Below the pieces are notes generated by a model. That model searched no databases. It worked only from the letters and a program-made list of their open reading frames with translations, and had not been told where the DNA came from. 48,339 nt of DNA from the NCBI GenBank assembly GCA_039912685.1, contig JBDSPG010000145.1:1-48339 (forward strand), written 5' to 3'. Position 1 is the first letter of the stretch. Every line of letters starts with the position of its first letter. Source of the stretch: Longimicrobiales bacterium. GTDB lineage: Bacteria; Gemmatimonadota; Gemmatimonadetes; Longimicrobiales; RSA9. This document shows, piece by piece, positions 29,435 through 36,753 of the stretch. The position numbers and the translations under genes are program-made.

Positions 29435-29986
29435 ATGCAACGGGCGTTGCTGAGTCTCATGGTTGTCGTGCTGCCGGTTGTGTCAGGCTGTGCGACCGTG
29501 ACGGAACCGGTGGAAGCGCAACACGCGATTCTCGAGATAGAGTATGCCAACTTCGCGTGGGTGCCGACGTGGAAGGGCTTCGTCATCGACTCGACAGGCG
29601 CGATCTACTCGTATGACCTCGGCGGCAAACAGTGGACGGTAAAGGATCCGAATCATCCGACGACCGCGGAGCTGCAGGCCAAATACGCGACCGGCAGAGC
29701 CCTCGTTCGCACGCTGGCGGCGAATGAAACGCAGAGTCTGTTTACGCTATTGCGCTCTGCCGCGCATGGAACAGTGAGCGATCCGGTGAATCGTTGTGCC
29801 GATGCCGGCGTGCTGTCATACAGCGGGTACGAAGGTCTCGATACGCCAACAACGAACAAGATTGTCCTTCGCACGGAGGGCGACATGATTCGGGAAAACA
29901 AGTCGCAGGCCGCACGCGAGCTGGCGACGAAGTTGGCGGGCCTCGGACTGCTGATCCCGATCTCAGGCTGTCAGCCGGGCAATTGA
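29435..29986 (+). CDS. Hypothetical lipoprotein
   Basis: Lipobox VSGC; starts 4 nt after the DUF411 stop. Confidence 0.72.
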   Translation: MQRALLSLMVVVLPVVSGCATVTEPVEAQHAILEIEYANFAWVPTWKGFVIDSTGAIYSYDLGGKQWTVKDPNHPTTAELQAKYATGRALVRTLAANETQSLFTLLRSAAHGTVSDPVNRCADAGVLSYSGYEGLDTPTTNKIVLRTEGDMIRENKSQAARELATKLAGLGLLIPISGCQPGN

Positions 29987-30047
29987 TCGCCGCGCGCATG
30001 GAAACGCGGCTTGAAGCGTGGACTCAAGCGCGTCGCGGTCGACGTAT

Positions 30048-30716
30048 CTAACCGTTCAACAGAGCGAGGATCCGTCTCTCGAGCCGGCCGCGCCTCTCTT
30101 CGGCAGCACCGATTCCTGCAAGCTCAGCCACGGGCCCGGTGAATACGTATCGGCCCGCTCGCAACACAAGGATCCAACTGCATACGTCGAGCAGCTCGGA
30201 GGCCGACTGCGATGCAACGACTACCGCACCGCTTCGCGCTCGTCCTGCTGAAGCGAGAATCTCCGACAGACCGATGCGGCGGCGGAAGTCCAGCGGCGCG
30301 AATGGCTCATCCAGACAGGTCACACGTGCGTCCAGGCCCAGTGCTAGCGCGGTCGACAATGCCTGTGTCTGGCCGACCGACAGCGTTCCAGGTGCCGGCG
30401 CTTCCAGCTCATCGAGTTGCAGCCCCGGGAAACGTTCACGCAGGGTATGCAGATCCAGGCCGAACAGGCGCGCAATCTGTGCAGCGTTCAACCACGCCGG
30501 AAAGTCAGGACGCTGCGGTGAATAACCAATCACTTCCGCGGGCTCTGGTCCACCGGCGAGCACGCCGGCCTGATGCATCATCAGCGTCGTTTTGCCAGCA
30601 CCATTGATACCCACCAGGCCCGTGACGCCTTCACCCGGAATTTCCACCATACCTTCGTGCAGCACGGCGGTGCGCCCGCGCAGAATGGTGTCGTGCTCGA
30701 TGCGAATGGTGCTCAC
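30048..30716 (-). CDS. ABC transporter ATP-binding protein (compact, divergent)
   Basis: Walker A GINGAGKTT, signature LSVGQ, Walker B CLDEPF; H-switch appears to be ASQ. GTGA overlap with the permease. Confidence 0.85.
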   Translation of the reverse strand: MSTIRIEHDTILRGRTAVLHEGMVEIPGEGVTGLVGINGAGKTTLMMHQAGVLAGGPEPAEVIGYSPQRPDFPAWLNAAQIARLFGLDLHTLRERFPGLQLDELEAPAPGTLSVGQTQALSTALALGLDARVTCLDEPFAPLDFRRRIGLSEILASAGRARSGAVVVASQSASELLDVCSWILVLRAGRYVFTGPVAELAGIGAAEERRGRLERRILALLNG

Positions 30717-31456
30717 GCCCGCCTCCCAATCCGCGATCCCGCCGCGAACAACGCGATCACAAACATCAGTCCCGTGTAGAGCAGCACCTGCGAAATGTGC
30801 TGCAGCGTGAAGGCGAGATACAGTCGAGGCGGCAGATACCCGAGCACGTCCACCAGTAACGTCGGCGGCGTTCCGGTGTCACTGGCTGCGCTGGCCGCGT
30901 TAAACGCAAGAGCAACCCACGGCGCAGCAATCATGAGTGCAGCGATACGACTCGCACTGCGTCCCCGAATGACACATGCGATGGCAGTCCCGAACGCTGA
31001 CGACGAGACGAGCATCAGCAGTGTAAGCGGCACGGCTCTGACGCCGGCGCGGATAACACCGGCATCATGCGTGAAAGCCGTGCGTGCGCCGAGAAACGTG
31101 ACTGCCCCGGCGCAGAACAGGAGGAATGCACCGGCCGCAATGCACAGCGGCACCACGACAACGTAAAGAGATTTCGCGGCACCACCGGCGGTGAGCTGCA
31201 GCATCCAGTCGCTGGAGGCGTCGGCATTCACGCGTTCGATCGCGCGGAACGGTGCGTGCAGCGCGAGCATGATCGCGAGTGTGCGGTCGAAGCGAACGAT
31301 GATCGCCTCCATGCCGTGGTTCGCATGCATCGTGGAAGCGAGCCATGCAGCGGCCATACCGGCGAAGGCGCTGATGGCCGCAACGCGTATGAACGAGGCA
31401 TTGTAAGCATCGCGTAACGCAAACGCGCGCATGGTGTCACGCACACGCGCCTGCAT
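30713..31456 (-). CDS. Putative ABC-2-type permease (about 6 TM)
   Basis: Hydrophobic 247 aa; ATG 31456 overlaps the upstream stop (TGATG) and its own stop overlaps the ATPase start. Confidence 0.72.
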   Translation of the reverse strand: MQARVRDTMRAFALRDAYNASFIRVAAISAFAGMAAAWLASTMHANHGMEAIIVRFDRTLAIMLALHAPFRAIERVNADASSDWMLQLTAGGAAKSLYVVVVPLCIAAGAFLLFCAGAVTFLGARTAFTHDAGVIRAGVRAVPLTLLMLVSSSAFGTAIACVIRGRSASRIAALMIAAPWVALAFNAASAASDTGTPPTLLVDVLGYLPPRLYLAFTLQHISQVLLYTGLMFVIALFAAGSRIGRRA

Positions 31457-32553
31457 CACTGCGTCCGCACGAACGTGGAGATACGTGCTGCCGGCACGAA
31501 CATCATCTTCGCAACCGTATCCTGCTGTATCCACAGACACCCGGCGGCTCTGCACCCGATCAATCCTTCTACAGGCGCTATGGCCAGGTCGGCTTCGGAC
31601 CCCGCGACACGGAACGCGACGCTGTCGTTGTTCACCGGCCGCAGGAGCAGCGAGACACCATCGATCGATATGCGGTCAACGTAAACGGGAAGGCGATCCG
31701 GTAGCGTGAGTGCTGCGGCAATCCACGGCCGCGCAGCAGCCACGGCCTTCGCCTTGGCGACCAGATGCTCGTCCGGCACGAATGCGTAACGCGAGCTGCC
31801 GAGTCCACACACCGACGTCGACTGCGGCGGTTCGTTGCGAACATTGATTCGGTACGTGCAGTCGCTCGTGCCGCCGCCGAACGTGCCGCCGCCCGTGCTG
31901 GTGGTGAAAAACGATGACGCGCCGAAGACGGAGCCCGTTTTACCGTCCATTGTGTATAGGACGTCACGCACGATTGAAATTCCGGCATTGCCGGCAATGT
32001 GGAACAGCTCGGCAAAGACGGTATCGCCGCGCACACACCGTCCGCTCATCAGAATTGCACCATCAACAGCAGCGACCTGCGGTGCGGCCATCGTGCATGG
32101 GAGCTCAGGTGTAAGGCTTCGGACATAGGAACCGGCGGCATCGAAGAAGTGCAGTCGGTTCTGATCCGCAATGATGATCGTGCGCGGCGAGTCGGTCACG
32201 GCAATGCCGCTCGGCTGAAGCAACTCGCCCGGACCGCCGCCGCGTTTGCCGAAACCACCCGAAACCTTCCAACGGTCATCGGTATTGTGCAGGAAAACGA
32301 CGCGCGGCGCGGCCATGTCCAGCAGATACATGTCCGCACCGACGACGTCGAAGTCGCGACCCAGGAGGATGCCCTCAACGATCGTACCGTCAAAAGGAAT
32401 ACGAGGGACTGCGGAATCCGGATGGTAGTCGCGAATAAGCCGGGGTGCTGAAGCCCGGCCCATCCATCGACTCGCGCCCATCCCTGCGACACCGAGCAGT
32501 ACGACACTCAGTGCGATCCCGCGCACGATACGGTCGGTATTGCGAGCACGCAT
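31456..32553 (-). CDS. Membrane-anchored/exported six-bladed beta-propeller (NHL-like) protein
   Basis: N-terminal hydrophobic segment, FGKRGGGPGELLQPSGIAV, IIIADQ, RLHFFDAAGSYVRS blades. ATG 32553 lies 5 nt after the peptide A stop. Confidence 0.8.
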   Translation of the reverse strand: MRARNTDRIVRGIALSVVLLGVAGMGASRWMGRASAPRLIRDYHPDSAVPRIPFDGTIVEGILLGRDFDVVGADMYLLDMAAPRVVFLHNTDDRWKVSGGFGKRGGGPGELLQPSGIAVTDSPRTIIIADQNRLHFFDAAGSYVRSLTPELPCTMAAPQVAAVDGAILMSGRCVRGDTVFAELFHIAGNAGISIVRDVLYTMDGKTGSVFGASSFFTTSTGGGTFGGGTSDCTYRINVRNEPPQSTSVCGLGSSRYAFVPDEHLVAKAKAVAAARPWIAAALTLPDRLPVYVDRISIDGVSLLLRPVNNDSVAFRVAGSEADLAIAPVEGLIGCRAAGCLWIQQDTVAKMMFVPAARISTFVRTQ

Positions 32554-32558
32554 CGCGT

Positions 32559-32771
32559 CTACCGTTGACACGAGTGCATGTTGAACTGGAACGCATAGTC
32601 GCACAGCAAGCGCTCCCAGAACGTGTCCGACGTCACGAGGCAGCTGTTGTAGATGCGGTACGCTGCGTCCTCGCATGGGGTGGTGCCCGTTTCCGCAGCG
32701 AACGCCGTCGCCGTCAGCGCTGCGACGAAGAGCGCGGCGGCGGTGAGCGGGCGTAATGTTCGGCTCGACAT
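32559..32771 (-). CDS. Secreted four-Cys peptide A (70 aa)
   Basis: AGGAG SD 6 nt before the ATG; signal peptide ending AFA; mature part C-x10-C-x12-C-x10-C; paralogous to peptide B. Confidence 0.85.
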   Translation of the reverse strand: MSSRTLRPLTAAALFVAALTATAFAAETGTTPCEDAAYRIYNSCLVTSDTFWERLLCDYAFQFNMHSCQR

Positions 32772-32856
32772 AACCATCTCCTGTTGGAATGGCGGCAGCC
32801 TTTTCCCAACATGAACACGAGGCCTGTCTTTCCGGAATAGTGATTTGCGCCAACCC

Positions 32857-32903
32857 CGCGGCAGCCTTGCCGGAGGGGACTCACCCACAGGGAGGCTGCC
32901 GCG
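32857..32903. repeat. Inverted repeat between the two peptide genes
   Basis: CGCGGCAGCCT ... AGGCTGCCGCG, 11-bp arms. Confidence 0.55.
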
Positions 32904-32945
32904 TTAAGCCCTGCACGCGAGCACACCCCCCGGCGATGGCCGGCG

Positions 32946-32967
32946 GCCCGGTTTCCGGTTACCGGGC
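32946..32967 (-). terminator. Hairpin 3' of peptide B (terminator or mRNA stabiliser)
   Basis: GCCCGGT-N8-ACCGGGC about 11 nt after the stop; no U-tract. Confidence 0.35.
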
Positions 32968-32978
32968 TTACGAACGAC

Positions 32979-33263
32979 TTAGGTTCCGGTCTTTATGCGC
33001 TTGTAGTACACAGCGCCGCACCAGACGACGTCGGCCTCGAAGACGATGTCACAGATCTTCCTCTCCCACGAGAAGTCTGACTTCATGAGACAGCTGTTGT
33101 AATCCCTCCATCCCGTGTTGGTGCACTCGAGGAACTCTGTCCCGGCACCCTCCACCTCGGCCGTCTCGCGCGCTACGGCGTTCGACGCCATGGGCAGGAG
33201 CATGAACACCGGCAGTACCGCGACCCGCGCAACCCTCGCCCAGACCTTCTGCTTTCCGAACAT
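32979..33263 (-). CDS. Secreted four-Cys peptide B (94 aa)
   Basis: AAGGAGGA SD; signal peptide ending AVA; C-x10-C-x12-C-x10-C with YNSCL..SD..WER..CD..F shared with peptide A. Confidence 0.85.
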   Translation of the reverse strand: MFGKQKVWARVARVAVLPVFMLLPMASNAVARETAEVEGAGTEFLECTNTGWRDYNSCLMKSDFSWERKICDIVFEADVVWCGAVYYKRIKTGT

Positions 33264-33417
33264 CCTGTCCTCCTTGTGAAGTATTGCGGCAGCAATCTCA
33301 AAGATGCGGTTACGGTGGGGCAGAGACATGGCGGAATCGGACAATGCCGTGCATGCCCGTTCCAGTCGTTTGGGGGTATCTGTTTTTACGAAGTTCATCC
33401 GCGGGAAAAGGAGCAGG

Positions 33418-35847
33418 CTATTCCTCCCTCAGCGCCTGAACGGGGTCCAAACGAGCGGCGCGCAGAGCGGGAAGCAGTGTGGCCAGCAACGCTAAGCCAA
33501 CCAATACAACGGCGGCGCCCGCGAACGAAACCGGATCAGTCGCCTCGACTTGATAGAGCTGTGTCGTCATGAGTCGTGTGAGGCCGACGGCACCGAGGAG
33601 ACCAGCAATGAGGCCGACACCGGCGATGCGGAAGCCCTGCATCATGACGATGGCGAGCACATCTCGTCGCGCTGCGCCGAGGGCCATGCGGACACCGAGC
33701 TCCTGCGTACGTTGCGTGACAGAGTGAGCGACGACGCCGTAGATGCCGAGTGCGGACAGCAACAGTGCAAGGCCGGCAAACAGGCCGAGCAGTGTGGTGG
33801 AGAGACGGCGCGGTCCGACGGACTGCGCAATGAGATTCGCCATTGTTTCGATGCGCGCGATGGGCTGTTGGGGATCAACGCGCAGCACGGCCTGCCGAAC
33901 GCTCTGCACTACGGACATCGGGTCGCCGAGGGTGCGGATGCCGAGCGTCATGTTGCCGGCGCCGGCCTGGCGGTAGGGGAAGTATACCTGCACGCGATGA
34001 TCGGCATCGAGACCTTCCTGTGCGGAATGGCCGACCACGCCAACCACATGAATCCAACGGGTCGTGTCGGTCACGTTGTCGTCGAATGTGATGCGTTTGC
34101 CAACCGGATCCGCGCCGGGCCAGAACCGTTTCACCATTTCTTCGTCCACTACAGCGACCTGCTGGCCATCCTGCCTGTCGCCGGAATTGAAGAAACGGCC
34201 GGCCACCATCGGGATGCCCATCGCTTCCGCGTAGCCTTCGTTGACGATGCGAATGTCACCCCACGGTCCCTGCTGATTCTCCCTGGGCGTGAATCCCTCG
34301 ACGGTGAAGCTGCCTGTTGACCAGCCGCCGGAAAACGGCATCACGGTCACGGCCGCCACGCCGGTTACACCGGGAACGGTGGCTATACTGGCAATTGCGC
34401 GATCGAAAAACTGGATCTGCGTCGTGTCGGATGGATATTTCGAGTTCGGCAGCGAGAGATTGACGGTCAACAGGTTATCCGGGTTGAAGCCCGGATTGAC
34501 GGACGAGAGCCGCTCGAAGCTTCGGATTAACAGTCCGGCACCGGTAAGCAGTGTGATAGCGAGCGCGAGCTCGGCAACAACGAAGATGCGGCGCAGACGG
34601 TGTCCCGACCGGTCTGCAATCGCACCACGGCCACCTTCCCGCAGCGTGTCATTCACATTTGCACGCGTGCTCTGGAGCGCGGGGGCAAGACCGAACAGGA
34701 AACCCGTGAATACGGAAACGAATAGCGTGAAAAGCATGACGCCGCCATCGATCGTGACGGTGTCGAGCACTGCGAGCTGGGGCGGCGCGGTAGCGACGAG
34801 CGCTTTGACGCCGAGCACGGCGACACCGAGACCGGCCACGCCGCCGACAACGCCGAGCAGCACGCTCTCGGTGAGAAGCTGACGTATAAGCTGCCAGCGT
34901 TTCGCGCCGAGCGCGAGACGAACCGACACTTCCTTGAGTCGTCCGGCTGCACGGGCGAGCAGCAGATTCGCAACGTTGGCGCATGCGATAAGCAGCACAA
35001 AGCCAACCGAACCGAGCAGAATCAGCAACGGGGTACGGATGTCACCGGTCGCTTTTTCTGCGAGTGGGGTGACACCGAGCGTCCAATCCGGCGGGAAATT
35101 ATCCGGGTTGTCCTTCTTGAGTCGCTCCGCGAACTGCGTCATCTCGATCCGTGCCGCCTCGATAGTCACGCCCGGCTTGAGGCGTGCAGTGAGTGACAGA
35201 AACTCGTTGGTGTAGCCACCCGTCAGCTGCGCTTCGGTCAGTGCGACTGGTGTCCAGATCTCGGTATCGCGATTGAAAAAGCTGCGGAACGTCGGCGGCA
35301 TCACTCCTACGATCTGATGCGGTTCGCCGTTCAGCGAGATGGTAGTACCGACAATGTTGGGATTCGAGCCGAAGCGGCGCTTCCACAGCGCGTCACTCAG
35401 CACGACCACTCTGTTGTTGCCGGGCTTGTCCTCTTCGGGCAGGAAGCCGCGTCCGCGGGCGGGTTGCGCACTATACGTCGCGAAGTAGTCCGCGGAGACG
35501 CGTGCACCGTTGAGTCGCTCCGGTTCACCGATCCCGGTGAGGTTGACGCCCCATCCGGTCTGCACGGCAACCCTGCTGAAACCGCGCGTCAGTGTGCGAT
35601 AATCATTGAATCCGCGCGCGGAGACAGGTGCTTTCAGATCGATCGACGGATAGATGTGCTCGATCGTAACGAGCTGCGTCGAATTCTCATATGGCAGCGG
35701 CCGCAACAACAGTGCATTCACGACACTGAAGATGGCGGTGTTCGCACCGATCCCGAGGGCGAGCGTCACGATTACGAGCGCGGAGAATCCGGGAGTACGG
35801 AGGAGGCGACGAACGCCGTAGCGGAAATCCTGGAGCAAGCCTTCCAT
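33418..35847 (-). CDS. ADOP-type duplicated MacB/FtsX ABC permease
   Basis: QDFRYGVRRL.RTPGF, LALGIGANTAIFSVVN, LLIACANVANLLLAR, RTQELGVRMALGA, PALRAARLDPVQALREE. Confidence 0.95.
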   Translation of the reverse strand: MEGLLQDFRYGVRRLLRTPGFSALVIVTLALGIGANTAIFSVVNALLLRPLPYENSTQLVTIEHIYPSIDLKAPVSARGFNDYRTLTRGFSRVAVQTGWGVNLTGIGEPERLNGARVSADYFATYSAQPARGRGFLPEEDKPGNNRVVVLSDALWKRRFGSNPNIVGTTISLNGEPHQIVGVMPPTFRSFFNRDTEIWTPVALTEAQLTGGYTNEFLSLTARLKPGVTIEAARIEMTQFAERLKKDNPDNFPPDWTLGVTPLAEKATGDIRTPLLILLGSVGFVLLIACANVANLLLARAAGRLKEVSVRLALGAKRWQLIRQLLTESVLLGVVGGVAGLGVAVLGVKALVATAPPQLAVLDTVTIDGGVMLFTLFVSVFTGFLFGLAPALQSTRANVNDTLREGGRGAIADRSGHRLRRIFVVAELALAITLLTGAGLLIRSFERLSSVNPGFNPDNLLTVNLSLPNSKYPSDTTQIQFFDRAIASIATVPGVTGVAAVTVMPFSGGWSTGSFTVEGFTPRENQQGPWGDIRIVNEGYAEAMGIPMVAGRFFNSGDRQDGQQVAVVDEEMVKRFWPGADPVGKRITFDDNVTDTTRWIHVVGVVGHSAQEGLDADHRVQVYFPYRQAGAGNMTLGIRTLGDPMSVVQSVRQAVLRVDPQQPIARIETMANLIAQSVGPRRLSTTLLGLFAGLALLLSALGIYGVVAHSVTQRTQELGVRMALGAARRDVLAIVMMQGFRIAGVGLIAGLLGAVGLTRLMTTQLYQVEATDPVSFAGAAVVLVGLALLATLLPALRAARLDPVQALREE

Positions 35848-35883
35848 GGGACCTCTCGTGAGGTGGTAATGCGCAATACAGGT

Positions 35884-35914
35884 TGGACAGCGCCAACCCG
35901 CAGAGGGTTGGCGC
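35884..35914 (-). promoter_or_regulatory. Candidate ECF-type promoter overlapped by a 10-bp inverted repeat
   Basis: On the - strand: GCCAAC-N17-TGTCCA; dyad GCGCCAACCC-gcaga-GGGTTGGCGC at 35890-35914. Confidence 0.35.
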
Positions 35915-36023
35915 CCCCGTCCCTACTCGATCTGGTCGGGACGGAACAGGGGCGAATTCCGGGGGATTGGGCTAGATTGGGGGTGTTGGGAGCAACGAGA
36001 GACCTGAACGACTGGAACTGGCA

Positions 36024-36752
36024 ATGAAGAAGATGATTCTCGCGACGGCGGTCGCCCTGTTCACGGTGGGTGGCGCAGCGCATGCGCAGACGCCGTCGGG
36101 CCGCGACGTTATGCTGCGCGCACTGAAGATGTCGGGCTCCGACACGGTGCTTGCAAAGCACAAGTCGGTGACAATGACGGGAACGCTATCGCTTCCGGCG
36201 CAGGGTGTAGCGGCGCCGATTGTGAACGTTCGTTCGTCAGACAACGCATTCCACATCACGGTGGATGTGGAAGGCTACGGCGTGATCGAGCAGGGTTATG
36301 CGGAAGGCACGGCGTATTCGATTCAGCCGCAGACCGGTGCAGTGATCCTGACGGGACTGCAGGCGGCGCAGACGAAGCGCCAGGCGGTGTGGCGGGAAAC
36401 GCCGGAGGACTATCTGTCGCTCTCGAACGAGGGCCAGGAGAAGTACAACGGCAAGGATGCGTACAAGCTTAAGCTGGTCTCAAAGGACAGCGTCACGGTC
36501 ACGCGGTATTACGATGTCGAGTCAGGCCTGCCGATGGCGATGGTCAGCACGCAGCAGACTGGCGATGGACCGATCGAGATCGTGAGTCTGATAAGCGAGT
36601 ACAAGAATTTCGACGGGATGATGCTGGCGACGAAGCAGGTTCAGAACATAGCGGGCAACGAGCAGATCATCACGATCGACAAGGTCGAGTTCGACGTTGC
36701 ACCGGCGAGCGCGTTGGAGTTGCCGGCCGCGATCAAGGCATTGAAGAAGTAG
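36024..36752 (+). CDS. Exported hypothetical protein (possible LolA-like fold)
   Basis: Signal peptide ending AHAQ; YNGKDAYKL, RYYDVESGL, SEYKNFDG beta-rich pattern. Confidence 0.75.
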   Translation: MKKMILATAVALFTVGGAAHAQTPSGRDVMLRALKMSGSDTVLAKHKSVTMTGTLSLPAQGVAAPIVNVRSSDNAFHITVDVEGYGVIEQGYAEGTAYSIQPQTGAVILTGLQAAQTKRQAVWRETPEDYLSLSNEGQEKYNGKDAYKLKLVSKDSVTVTRYYDVESGLPMAMVSTQQTGDGPIEIVSLISEYKNFDGMMLATKQVQNIAGNEQIITIDKVEFDVAPASALELPAAIKALKK

Positions 36753-36753
36753 G

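Noticed and set aside
32559-33263. Lanthipeptide, ranthipeptide or other enzyme-modified RiPP precursors
   Set aside because: Leaders look like Sec signal peptides rather than double-Gly leaders, and no LanM/LanB, radical SAM, YcaO or C39 gene is in the window.
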